DNA of 64,000 bases from Octopus sinensis (GCF_006345805.1 NC_042999.1:18166001-18230000), one strand, 5' to 3'. Counted from the first letter of the stretch, positions 1 to 12,608 are shown. Notes: generated by a model not told the origin, from the letters alone. Numbers and translations: made by a program.

Positions 1-180
1 TGTGTATTGTATGGAAGACTTTCGGCAATGGAAGAGTCAAATCCATAGTTCATATGTATTTTAAGCTTTTTCAATATGTCTCACGCAACCCAAAGATGTA
101 ACACAGCATGGTTTCATATCGCGATACCTACGCACGCGCATACACACACGCACACACACACACATATATATATATATGTA

Positions 181-301
181 CTAGGCTGAGGAAGAAGTTC
201 GTGCGCCGTGGCAAGGACTATTTTAACACACCATTCTTTAAAAAATAATACCGTGTTAAGATAATGCTTAACGCGACGCACGAACTTTTCCATCAACCTA
301 G
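181..301. mobile_element. Tc1/mariner-type MITE (121 bp)
   Basis: Imperfect terminal inverted repeats: CTAGGCTGAGGAAGAAGTTCGTGCG on the left versus reverse complement of the right end CTAGGTTGATGGAAAAGTTCGTGCG. TA dinucleotides flank both ends (179-180, 302-303). The TIR resembles that of the mariner at 7063. Confidence 0.8.
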
Positions 302-496
302 TATGTATATATATATATATATTTGTTTATATATTTGTTGTGCAAGATTTTTTTATGTGAAATCGTGTGTTGAAACAGATATTGTTAGATTTCGGAATGG
401 TCATTTTGCCAGTTTAGCCAATAAAAACACACGCACTATATATTTGGTGTTACTTTGCTTCAGTGTTATTTATTTTTTACATTAATCTTGATCTTA

Positions 497-539
497 TTTC
501 GGCCAGAGTTCTTTCGTCACACTCCTGTGACCGCATCAG
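497..539 (-). ncRNA. Degenerate hammerhead ribozyme motif (PLE-associated)
   Basis: Minus strand reads CTGATG-CG-GTCAC-aggagt-GTGAC-GAAA. The stem II pairs perfectly, but the conserved A9 of CUGANGA is missing, so it is probably inactive. Confidence 0.5.
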
Positions 540-935
540 AGGTCCTTTGTTTTCCTCCTTATTATTTGTGTCTCTCCTTACTAACCGTCGGCCATTTTGT
601 ATTTCTATTGCATGTCTTCATTTGCGCATGCTTATATCTCTATGCGCATATATGTTTATTTAGTATGTGTGGGGGGATGCCTGTAATATTTGTATCTTCT
701 GTTTATATACGTTCATGTAATTTGTTTTTGTTGTTGTTCTTTTTTTTTATTCTTATTTTGTTTATGTGTTTACATCCACTTATTATTATCATTACATATG
801 CTTGTATGTATGTATGTATGTATAACAACAATACTAGTAATAATAATAATAAATAAATAAAAAATATAATATATTTATTTATTTCTATTTGTTTATTTAT
901 CTGTGTATTTATTATGTTTTCGGGATCCTCTACCG

Positions 936-1477
936 TCATATGTTGTGGTGTGTGCTAGTGTTCCATTCTAGTTTTCTATTCAGGCTTGGTTTATTTTCTA
1001 TTATGTCTGTAGCTTCTGTAATTTGGCTGATTGTTGCATCTGTTCTATGTGTGGACATTATTTTAATTTCTATGTTGTTGATTGATACCCCGTGTTTCTG
1101 TTCGGCGTGTTGGTACAGAATCGATGAGCTTTTACCTTCCTTGAGTTGTCCCCAATATTCATTTATCCGCTCTCCTATGCTTCTTGCCGTTTCCCCTAGG
1201 TATGTCGTTGTCTTGTTACAGCATCGTTCCTCTATACATCTTATACTATAGACTACATTTCTGGCTTTACAGTTTGTTTGTGGGCTAAATCTACATACAG
1301 TACTTATCCGTAGAGGGGGTTCTACTAAAAGGATAGGTTCTACCAATTATAGATTTGATAGGGTGGCCTGACTTTTCAACAACCTTAATCCTTAGCTTAA
1401 GTTTCTCTAGGGTCCGTCTAAAGCGGTACGCCAGTTCACCTCCAGGGGTGGTGTCAATGAACATGACACTCTGGTAT
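936..1477 (-). pseudogene. Frameshifted C-terminal fragment of a PLE ORF (GIY-YIG endonuclease domain)
   Basis: NVVY-x-I-x-C and YLGET-x-R...ER motifs in ORF 936..1346. The upstream part lies in another frame (ORF 1291..1560), with the shift near 1290-1300. No RT domain is present. Confidence 0.8.
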
Positions 1478-1483
1478 ATAAGG

Positions 1484-1682
1484 TAAATAGTAATAATGTA
1501 TTTTGAATGGCACAACAATACATTGTAATAACAACAATGGACTACAATAACTGGTGTCATTCAATCATCCACAGACTGATATACCAGGCGATGGATGGCT
1601 AAATTACACCAGTTATAATAGTTCATTGTTGTTATTATAATGTATTGTTGTGCCACCATTCAAAACACATTATTAGTATTTA
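1484..1682. mobile_element. Fold-back palindrome / MITE-like element
   Basis: Inverted arms 1484-1557 and 1606-1682 differ by a few substitutions and one 3-bp indel. The 48-bp spacer has its own CATCCA/TGGATG stem. Both ends are TA. Confidence 0.7.
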
Positions 1683-1732
1683 TTATTATTGCTCACAAAT
1701 AATACACCATGCTTCAAGCGAACTACAATATA

Positions 1733-1818
<86 letters not shown>

Positions 1819-2513
1819 TATTAATTCGAGACCAAACAACTATTTTGCAAAACAAACAAGGAAAGACTTAATCAATACATAAAAAATTTTTAATATAAAG
1901 AAATAAACCGCCACTACAATCGTTTCATGTCTTCAATGACATTCGTCAGGTGGATTTTCGATCTCCTAATCTGTTTTATATATATATATATATATTATAT
2001 ATATATATATATAGATGAGAAATTTGAAAAGCTGAACGCGAAACCGGTCATTTCTTCTAAACTATGTCATTGTAATAAAAAAAATTATAACATTCTTCAG
2101 ATATATTGACTCAAATATATATTTTTTAACATTTTAAAACAAGTCTTCTATAGTTTTTTGACTTTTTACTATTTTCTATATATATTATTTATTTTATATT
2201 CTAAAGGCATATTTTCTCTTGTGGTTCATCCAAACACAAAACGGATATCTCACAATCATTACACCGAGTGTATGACAACAAAATCATAGTGACGAATGAA
2301 AATTTACATTCAGCTCGGAGCATGTCCCGGCATATAGTGCAGGAAACAATGTGTTTGCGAATAGATACATGATACAAGCCAAACGTTTACTGATGAAACC
2401 CATAGATATAAAATAATCTAAATGTAATTGACCGTCTACTCACAACTTTTGATCTCGACAATATGTCTCAGGATCGAGAGAAAGACAGAGACAGAATGTA
2501 AGAGAATGTTTGA

Positions 2514-3123
2514 AGGCAACGAGCTTGCAGAAACTTTAGCACGCCGGGCGAAGTGCGTAGCCGTATTTCGTCTGCCGTTACGTTCTGAGTTCAAATTCCG
2601 CCGAGGTCGACTTTCCCTTTCATCCTTTCGGGGTCGATAAATTAAGGACCAGTTGTGCACTGGGGTCGATGTAATCGACTTGATCCGTTTGTCTGTCCTT
2701 GTTTGTCCTCTCTGTGTTTAGCCCCTTGTGGGTAGCAAAGAAATAGGTATTTCGTCTGTCGCTACATTCTGAGTTCAAATTCCGCCGAGGTCCACTTTCC
2801 CTTTCATCCTTTCGGGGTCGATAAATTAAGGACCAGTTATGCACTGGGGTCGATGTAATCGACTTGATCCGTTTGTCTGTCCTTGTTTGTCCTCTCTGTG
2901 TTTAGCCCCTTGTGGGTAGTAAAGAAATAGGTATTTCGTCTGTCGCTACATTCTGAGTTCAAATTCCGCAGAGGTTGACTTTCCCTTTCATCCTTTCGGG
3001 GTCGATAAATTAAGGACCAGTTATGCACTGGGGTCGATGTAATCGACTTGATCCCTTTCTCTGTCTTTGTTTGTCCCCTCTATGTTTAGCCCCTTGCGAG
3101 CAATAAAGAAATAAGAATGAAAA
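2514..3123 (+). mobile_element. tRNA-derived SINE family A, tandem trimer of a 184-bp body
   Basis: A single tRNA-like head is followed by units starting at 2563, 2747 and 2931. Each unit has the B-box GAGTTCAAATTCC and GCCTTTCATCCTTTCGGGGTCGATAAA-type core. A probable TSD AGAATGT(T/A)TGA lies at 2503-2513 and 3124-3134. Confidence 0.9.
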
Positions 3124-3952
3124 AGAATGTATGAGGTGAATTCATGATCAGCGATATTTTGTGAGTAAAAGTATTTTGTGGAACGTAAAAAGCTTCTGAG
3201 TTCTGTTACTATATTTAATAGCAGTACTGCTATAATGCATGCAAGGAAATGGAAACGTTAAGAAGGAATCCACTATGTGTAAAAACTTACTCCAATTTTT
3301 CTGCCTGGTAAGAAATACTTTTGTGTAACATCATTAATATCACTTTTTGCGACAAGTTGTAAGGTGTCTACACCTCTGAGGTTTAGAAAACTTTTGTCCT
3401 TTATTTGCTATTTTCAGCAGAATGAATTTATCAGATACCCCTATAACTTTTCCTACCTAAGACGCATTTGTGAAATATATTTGAAATAGACTTCTGCTGG
3501 AAAACAATAATAAACATTCTACCAATCTGAAATATTGTAATATAGATTGCCTTAGGGTTAGATGTGTGTAAATAGTTGAAGATGAGAGTAGAACACATGA
3601 AGAAAGGAAATCTCAATACGTTGAAACGAGAAGTTCTTTGCGAAGAATAATATTCGATTTTACAGAAAAAAACAACAGAAAAGTGTTTGAAAACGAAAAT
3701 TCACAAGATATTTCAGATACGAGAACGTATAGAATATGTAAATGAAATTCATTTAGTAACATAATACACATCAATTCAGTATTACCAATGTTTGTACCTA
3801 CCTGTCTTCCTATAATTCGGCCGATATACCAGTCAGTAAATCAATCAATCAATCGATCAATCAATCTATCCATATAACAATCTAGCTAGCTAGCTACTTA
3901 TTTAACAATAGTGCCCCATGCTTATAGATGTTTGTCTTTACATATGTATATG

Positions 3953-3999
<47 letters not shown>

Positions 4000-4200
4000 A
4001 TATAATATATATATATATATATGTATGTATGCATGTATATATGTATGTATGTGTTTATGTGTGCGTGTATATGTATGTACGTATATGCATATATATATAT
4101 ATATATATATATTTGTAATATATATATGTATATATGTACACACACGCAAACGCACGCACACGTTAACGCACACACGCGTTAACACACATACACCTGTATG

Positions 4201-4234
<34 letters not shown>

Positions 4235-4445
4235 ATAATTAAGGTCGAAGGGATTGATCATATATACGTGAAGAAAATACAAAAAAAAATTGTGAAATTG
4301 CTAAGAAGCGAAGCGATTTGAATATCGAATGTGAGCAAGGAGTGTGATATACCATATTAATTTGCATAGCCCTTGACGTGAATAAAAATATATGATAGAA
4401 TGAAAAAAATATATTTAAATCTATTAAATTAATACTACAAGACTA

Positions 4446-4483
<38 letters not shown>

Positions 4484-6306
4484 GGCAGAAATATTCCTGA
4501 AGTTTCCGTAAGGAATATTGACATAATTATGAAGAAATCACATCCTATTTGGTGTCAAAATTCAGTTTTAGTAAAGAGATCTGTTTTATTAATAACGACT
4601 CAGACATTAACAAGGAAGTTGAAAACATGACTGTGAACTTATGCGATACGGATATTAATGATAAAAACAACTAAAACAACTCTAAATAGATAATATAGAA
4701 GCCTGAATAAGGTGTCTTGTTGTCGTAGCTGCATAATATTAGTATGACCTGCATACTTACTATATCTTACAGAGTCAATGTTCATTAAATTGTTATTTTA
4801 ATATCGTTCTTAGGTATCGAATTGTCATAATCATTAACACACCGTATAAAATTACTTGCGATATTTCATCATGCCCTTTACATTCTGAGTTTAAATCCCT
4901 CTGCGGTCAAATTTGCCTTACGGAGTCCATACAATAAAGGACCTATATTTACTTATATGAGCTTTGGCAGTAATATCCTAGTCATCAGTCACAACCCTAC
5001 GAATATTTTGCCAATATTTTCTTACCCTTTTCTCTTATATAATTTCAGCGTAAAATACAACTAAGAAACAAAATTATTAATATCGCTTGTGTCGATAAAG
5101 ATATCTATCATTAACAACAAGGTGCAACGTCAATCGTACGAAAAGCTTTCATAAATATCAACGGTTCTACTATATTTCTTTAAAAGTTATTATATTAAAC
5201 TTATGTGAAAACACAAATATTTAAAATAACTTCAATTAATTATAATTGTATGATCATAATAAATACTTATGCAAAATATATATTTTTAAAGATAATTAAT
5301 TTGCCCCCAAAATGACGCTAGAATGACATTATATTGTGTAGGGTGAGTTAATTATCAATAAACAATATTATGCTTACGCACATTCTATAACTTCTAAATG
5401 CTCTCATTGTTTTACTTGATTTTGTTTTCTATTGCAGCCTGGATAGAATTCAACAATTTACAATTGCAAGAATAGAGCACACGTTTGCAGACAACTCAGA
5501 AGATAAAAAAAACAAGAAGTTAACCACTCAAATGTTGCTTCATAAATATTAAACTTTGGAAAGAAACAATCCCCAATTTTTTGCTGGTAAGCTTGGATTG
5601 TAATAGACTCAAAGTAAAATTAGCGAGTTTATTCTCTTCTGCCTTATATTTTTGTGTTTTTGAAGCTGATATATTGAATATAAAGATACGATTCTACAGG
5701 TAACGAAGTGAATTTCGTGAGGTGAAGCTACAAAAGCGGTGTGGCAGGAAACAATGTTTAATATCTGGAATGTGAAAACATCATCTAAATCGGGAAATAA
5801 TATGAAAGAAGGGATACAATGCAATTGCTATTCAAGAAGAATCACATCTTCCCAAGAATATCTCCGTTCTTAACAATAAGAAAGAAATTTACAGAAATTG
5901 AAAGATCTCAAGTAAAGGAATTAAATTCAGCTTACTCCACAGATCTCCATTTAATTGACCGTTGGATCTTTACGATCGTCGACAAGAAAATACGCTCTTT
6001 AGGAAATAGCAGACTTACTAAAAATTCCTTTGCTGCTCTTTCTCTGCTCTAATAGATTCCTCTGAAAATGTATCTGTGTCTATGAGTCTAGTTTGAAGAT
6101 TATAATTGGTATCAAAAAGTCAAATAAAATATTTTGCTCTTAAATATCTGGGTAATGAAATCCCAAAGAAAATAATTATGATTTATGCTTTTTCACTTGA
6201 TATCGTTTAATACGGTATAAATAAAAATGTCTTTTCATGATGAGTTTGCGATTGTGCGTTCTTTCCACATATTTCACACTTATTATTATCGATTTATCAA
6301 AGACAA

Positions 6307-6470
6307 CGAACTGGCAAAATCCTTACCGGGTATTTCACCTGTCTCTTCGTTCTGAGTTCAAATTCTGTCGAGGTCGACTTCACTTTTTATTCTTTCGGGG
6401 TCGATTAAATAAGTACTAGTTACACACTGGGTTTAATGTAATCGAGTTAATATCTTCCCCAAGCTACCCT
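6307..6470 (+). mobile_element. SINE family A, degenerate copy
   Basis: GTTCTGAGTTCAAATTCTGTCGAGGTCGAC...TTTCGGGGTCGATTAAATAAGTAC aligns to the 2514 unit. Confidence 0.8.
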
Positions 6471-7062
6471 TGTGGCAAAAATTGAAATCATTATTATCTA
6501 CGTATCTTTTATCAGAGGAAAATAAGAGAAGAATAGTCTTATCCACATTATATAACAGAAAATTTCTTGTGTGAAGCTTTTCTTTTTGTTCATATTCAAT
6601 GCAAATAGTTTTGAAGATGTCCATAACACACATTATGAACCCCTCCAAGATATTCTATTAATGACAGGCATAATTTCTAATATAATATATAAATATTTAA
6701 TCGATCAATATTTGTAAGGTGCCTGCATAAAGCTGGTCGTTAATTAAGTATCAATTTCTAGAAAAAACAATATTCTGTTACACACACATACCCTTTTGAC
6801 AGTTATATGAAATTATAATTATCTTGTTTCCCGCTCCCAAACTTCAGACAATCGTACTTTCGATAACATGAAATAAAGATATATTGATTATAATGTAAGT
6901 TTATATATGACAGTGACATATAAAAACGTAAGCCAAATATTTTCACAGCAATATCGTCTGGTGTTTGTAGAGGCGCCTTGAATAAAGCAATAAACAATTG
7001 AACGCTGTGCACACACGCATACAAACTCACTACAAATCAACACAGACATACACACATATATA

Positions 7063-7628
7063 TTGGGTTGTCCGGAAAGTTCGAGCCAATTTATAGTAGC
7101 TTACATTTCGACTTGTTTTAGAACATGGTTGAGTCAATAAAATAGGATTTGACTACACCTACATTTAGAGCACAGTTTAAGCTATCTTTTCGTGGAAGAA
7201 GGTTTATGTTCCTATAACCTGTGTTAATTCTGTAACCCTTTAAAATGGAAGATAAGAAAGTTCATTTTCGGCACTTGATGCTTTGGGAACCAGACAAAAA
7301 TTGCTGCAACTCGGCAGGGATGTGTTACCCCACCCTCCATATTCCCCAGATATTGCTCCTTCAGAGTTCCACTTACTCAGGTCTCTGCAGAATAGTTTTA
7401 ATGGTAAATATTTCAGTTCCTTGGATTACATAAAATGATACCTTGATGAATTCTTTGTCATGAAACTACCTTAATTCTGGGAAGAGGGTATTTTCAAGTT
7501 AAATGAAATATGGGGACGCATTTTGCAACAAAATGATTCATATTTGGTTGATTAAAAATGTAATAGCAAGTGTTTATTGACCTTTTTCTTTCCTTTAAAT
7601 ATCGGCACGAACTTTCCGGACAACCCAA
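7063..7628 (+). mobile_element. Internally deleted mariner transposon (566 bp)
   Basis: TIRs TTGGGTTGTCCGGAAAGTTCG(A/T)GCC with TA on both sides. The transposase N-terminus MEDKKVHFRHLMLWE (7245) is fused out of frame to the C-terminus TRQKLLQLGRDVLPHPPYSPDIAPSEFHLLRSLQNSFNGK (YSPDLAP motif), which carries premature stops. Confidence 0.95.
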
Positions 7629-8726
7629 TATATACATGAACACACATATACCTAACTACACACACACACACATACGCACACACACACATACACACACACA
7701 TACACACACACATACACACACACATACACACACACATATATATATATTAATACAAATACATTGCATCATATTTTCGAATACGCACATACACAAACACGTT
7801 TATGTATATATTTATATATAGTATAGTTATATGTGGATGCGTGTATGTACTTGCAAACAGTTACATACTTATGTTTATGAAATCTATTGAATGAAATTTT
7901 TAGGCTCGAATAATATGCATAATGCCAAATTGTTTTTGTTTTGAGGCAGGTTAAATGAGCTAAGTGCCAGAAACAGCTTCCATGCTGTTGAATTACTCAT
8001 AATGTAAAATTCACCGTGTTCACGAAACACTGATGTTTACAAAGCTTACATATTTTGAAGACACGGCACACATTTAGAAAAAAAATACAGAACAATTTCT
8101 TTTAAGATAAAACTTTTATAAGCTCGTCTGCTGGAAACAATCTTATCAGTTGCGGGTAAGCTGACAATGAAACTATAATCCTTCACCTAAACAAATACAA
8201 AAGAACAATAGAAATAGATTAAAAATAAAAGAACTAATAATGTATCAATACCGAACAAAGTCGATTTGACAGTACAAGGTGAAGTACTTCCTGCCTTTTA
8301 TTATGGGACTTACAATATGTTTTATTTTACTGTTTTTCTTATCTTTTTCGATATTTTGGTTACTGAAGATTACAATTGATTGTTTCTAAGAAGTGATTTA
8401 ATATGACAAGGCTTTTAGAATATTTAGTTCTGAAGATGGTTTTAGCGTTTAGTTCAAAGTCGTTTTGTATCATTTGAAAATAATAATTCTCCGGAAAAGA
8501 ACCGAAAAGGATTATTGCAAAGATAGTAGCAGGACTGTTCAGATAATGTCAGCAACTAACGAGTAAATTGGATATTAATGGAGTGTAAGAGAGCAATTTC
8601 GGAAGATATCTAGAATAAGAAGGAAAAAAATACATTTGCTGTTTTCTAATGCTTCTGAAACTTGCATTACTGTGATTGATAACGACGGTTTCGTAATGCG
8701 TTTTAAAATCTCAACGGAAGTTCTAC

Positions 8727-8906
8727 CTGAATGATAGAAACAGTAGCTATTAACTGAATGACAACATTTTTCTTTACATTTCGTTGGAAATTTTCGTGTA
8801 AATTGAATCATATAGCAGGAGAGAATATTCTTTAATTGTGTGGGTGATTCTCCTGTCTGTGCTATGATATTGATCTGTATCTCAGTACATTTAACAGTAA
8901 AGTTAT
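8727..8906 (-). other. Candidate 180-bp internal exon, open in phase 1-1 (unverified)
   Basis: Acceptor ...CTAATTCACTCAACAG and weak donor CAG|GTAGAA. The frame is open and Cys-rich (…FPTKCKEKCCHSVNSYCFYHS). No recognisable homology. Confidence 0.2.
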
Positions 8907-9699
8907 CTGTTGAGTGAATTAGATGGTTACGTTGAAGAGACGAAGGACTCAATTCTCAATTAACCAAAACATAAATCTATATTGTCTGTATATCACTGGT
9001 CGTGAATTAGTGGTGTTTCTTTTATAAAATGAAATAGAGCAGCCTTCACTACCTTATATGTTTTACTCCATATATTAATTATTACAAAACTGCTACGGCA
9101 TAACATACGCTCTAGTTTCGATTAAATATCAGTTAACAATTTTTAGTTGATTAATGGTGTAGAATGTTGTTAGTCATGCAATTTATGGGCATAAAGACGT
9201 TCTTAGGCACATGTCGCCATAGAATTTCAATTAATTACAAAATAGATTTTACATTATTTAATGTACATACCTTCCTAATAAGTTTCAATGAAACAACGAA
9301 AACATCATTATTAATATAAGTAATATAAATATTTGACAAGTAATGCTGGAAAGAGACGCCTATGTTATTAAATAAACAAAAAGGATATATATCTGGTGTA
9401 CATTTAAGAGAATAAATGAACCATTAGTTCGAATAATCATAAACGCCATCTGTGAAATGAACAGTTTAAACTTTCTGTTTAACCCGAGGACATAGTGGCC
9501 TAAATGCGCTAAAAAACCTTTACTCTGTAATTTGCCTTATGATTTCTGTAAAATATACTGAAAAATCTATCACAAATTTGCATGCATTTTTCATCATATT
9601 ATAAATATTTTATAGGATCCCAAAACTGTCAAATAAACCCGGTGAGTGTGTCAATGGATATATTTATTTATTTATTTCAACCTTGGTAGTTAGTGCCTT

Positions 9700-9985
9700 A
9701 TCTCCTATGAATCTTAGGGCCACTTACCACATTTCCATGAGGTATAGTTGACTAGCATATCAGTATTCCCCCTTAATAGCACGCCAGTTTTATTACAAAT
9801 TATGACTTGTTTTTGCTATTACTTGTTACTTCTTTTAAAAATTAAAAAAAACAATACTCTCTCTAGCACGCCAGTTTGATTCTGGGTTCCATAATTATAG
9901 GTGAGTGAACAAGCGGAAATAAAGTGTTTTCCTCAATAATACAACGCACTGCCCTTCGTCCAGGATTCGAGTCTATAATCTTGCA
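9700..9985 (-). mobile_element. Decayed tRNA-SINE fragment interrupted by a 73-bp insertion
   Basis: AAGTGTTTTCCTCAATAATACAACGCAC...CCAGGATTCGAG is the reverse complement of a B-box plus CORE-like segment. A 14-bp direct repeat lies at 9777-9790 and 9864-9877. Confidence 0.4.
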
Positions 9986-12608
9986 AACAAGGACAAACAG
10001 TAGACCTTTGCATATTATACGGTGCACATTTGGTAAAAACCAGTCCGAGGTAAGCTTTTCTGTGTTGTGTTAGCTGCCGGTTCTCCTAACAAAAACTTCG
10101 GTCACGGTACATTGTGAAGGAGGATTGACTTTCCAGTGTGAAATATTTAGTGTTATCCAGATCAATGATTATAGTAAATAACCTTCCGTAATGAAGGATA
10201 TTCAGGAAAAAAAAATTGACTTTCGTTTCCTTAAAAAATTGTATGCAGCAGTTTCCGTCTGCTTTCCTCTGAATTACACGGACACTTTATTTCGGGGAGT
10301 ATTCACACTGGATAAACATTCTAACAACACAATTGCCAGAATCAACATGCAAAAAGATAAATCTGTACGCATATATGTATCATTATATGTTCGTATATAT
10401 ATATATATATATATATATATACTGGCACTCCGGAGACTAGATAGCCTTCTAGTGTTATGTCTAGTTATGATTGATGTTATTTCATTTCTAGCTGCAAATG
10501 ACAGACTGAAGATTTAGAAAGCTATAACACTAAAACTCAATTAAAATCGCACAACTATAAAACATATTAATGAAACCATATCGATATAAATAATATTAAC
10601 TCAATTTTTTTTTAATCTCCTTTAGTCCTAGGAAGAAACCGGGCTGGAATGATTTGATGCGATTTGACTTAATTCAAAACAGACGAAGCCCCAGTTTTCT
10701 TCCCTTCACTAGTGTTAAGTAGAGATCATTGACGATAAAAAAATGAGTGACAAATAAGATTTCAATATATCCCTAATCACTTCGCTCTGTATCTTAAACT
10801 AGCCACATTTCAATAACGCAATCTAGTTCGTTGCGAACTTCCTGTGCTCGATATTCTTCATTGATGGTATAAAATATATATAGCTGGGTGGCACGTGCAA
10901 ATGCACATGCTCTGTGCAGCAGAAGTACTTTTCGTTCATTCTAACCAAATAATTTTCCTGTATGACCAACTGTAAAATAGAAGAAAAATATTGATGACAT
11001 ACTTGCCTCCATATTTATATAATTGTTTAAAATCAACACTCATATTACTATTAACAATGAAGGGAACTGAAGCCGGAATTACTTGACGGTTAAATTATAG
11101 CATTGCTTATACATAGTGCTTCGTACTAGACGGTACGGTTAGTCATCTGAAATATATTAAAGAGTCGCCCGGCTATTTCTATCCCTATTCACTCACAATA
11201 AGTCATTCAACTACGGTAGTTGTATAATAATCTTAAGAGCGCAATTTACTCACACGCAACATCTTTCAGAGATTTTCGCTAATTCACTTCTTAACTGAAT
11301 TAAAAACTGTTTAAAATATCTGAAGAACACTAGTCCCTACCTACATTTTAGTATTAAAAAATTGAGATTTGTTCTAGTAGAAAAAAGTTTACATCAAACT
11401 TTGTAGCAACGTTGTAGGAAAGTAAGTAATGCCTTCAAACAAGTTTATATCTAAGTAACTTTCTTTAATTTAAAAACAAATTACATTTATCGTAGCTTCA
11501 ATTGATATGGAAAAGCCTGAAGAATTTCATAGTTTTGATCCCATAAAAGAAAACATCGTATCAAAATGTTTTGAGTTTAAAAATTATGAAAAAAAACGAA
11601 TAAGGCAAACATTTCGACTTAAGTATAGTTAACACTTTTTAATTAAGGTTAAATGATGAATCTGAATTCGAGGAATTTCATGGTATCAATCTCATGCAAT
11701 CAATGAAATTTTAAAAGAAACAATTTTGAGTATTTTTTTCTCAAATTCGAGGGTTATAATATAATTCTTTGCTTTTATATGGATATAGTTCTATAAGGGG
11801 TCCTTTAGTATGTCACCGGTATCATTGAGGTAAGGAAAAAATTATCATCGCCGTCGCTAATTGACACATTTGACACATTATTAATTAGCATAATAGCATA
11901 GACTGGAAAACGATGGATTACATGGACACATGCGAGTAAGAGTAATAACATTCTTAAGATTATAAACTTGGAAAAGTTCAGGACAAGTTATTACAGCTGG
12001 TAAAGTACAGAACAAGAAAAGTTTTACTTAAAATATTGCAACTTAGGATAGAATTTCAAATAAAATATCTAGATTTAGAAAATATTAGCTTTTCTTAAAA
12101 CTGAAAAAAATAGTACAAGTTATTGCTACTTTTCGCTATTGATTGTTACTTCTTTTAAAATTAAAAAAAACAACACTATCATTGGTTTTTGGTAGGAGCC
12201 CGTACTGAAAGGCAGGCCCATGAGAAGCTAAAATTTTGTTTCCAGCAATATAAGGAAACAGTAAATGAACGCTCAGTAATGTTGGAAATAGCTGACCAGT
12301 TGAATAAAATCCGCATAGAGTACTAGATTGGGATAGATATCTTTCGTTATAAGAAATGGTAATAAGTCCATGATATGTAAAATTACTGAGGAACTTGTCC
12401 AGAACGAATATTATATACAAACTGGAAATGAACAGAAATTCAACTATTCAATGATGAAGGTCTTGTGAAATTTAACTGCAGCTCAAATGCATACATTTTT
12501 GTAGTACTTGTTGCTCTCCTTGGAAATAAATTTGATTATTTTTGTTATGCGTATAAAGGTATTCTTCTGAATCTATTTTTTAAATATATTAATGTATCTG
12601 TGTGTGTA

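Larger units (their letters stand above)
480..1480 (-). mobile_element. 5'-truncated Penelope-like retroelement (probably Neptune-type): linker, GIY-YIG endonuclease and 3' region with hammerhead remnant
   Basis: The minus-strand translation YQSVMFIDTTPGGELAYRF...KVVEKSG...DKYC / VC...NCKARNVVYSIRC...TYLGETARSIGERINEY matches the PLE thumb, Cys-linker and GIY-YIG pattern. A CTGATG-stem-GAAA motif lies ~400 bp past the stop codon. Confidence 0.85.

Noticed and set aside
2563-3114. Regular repeats (184-bp units here, 17-bp units at 38174) as a CRISPR array
   Set aside because: There are no unique spacers and no cas genes, and the context is eukaryotic. These are tandem retroelement sequences.
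10722-10731. GAGATCATTG matches the bantam miRNA seed region
   Set aside because: The match is only 10 nt, the 3' part diverges, and I see no precursor hairpin.
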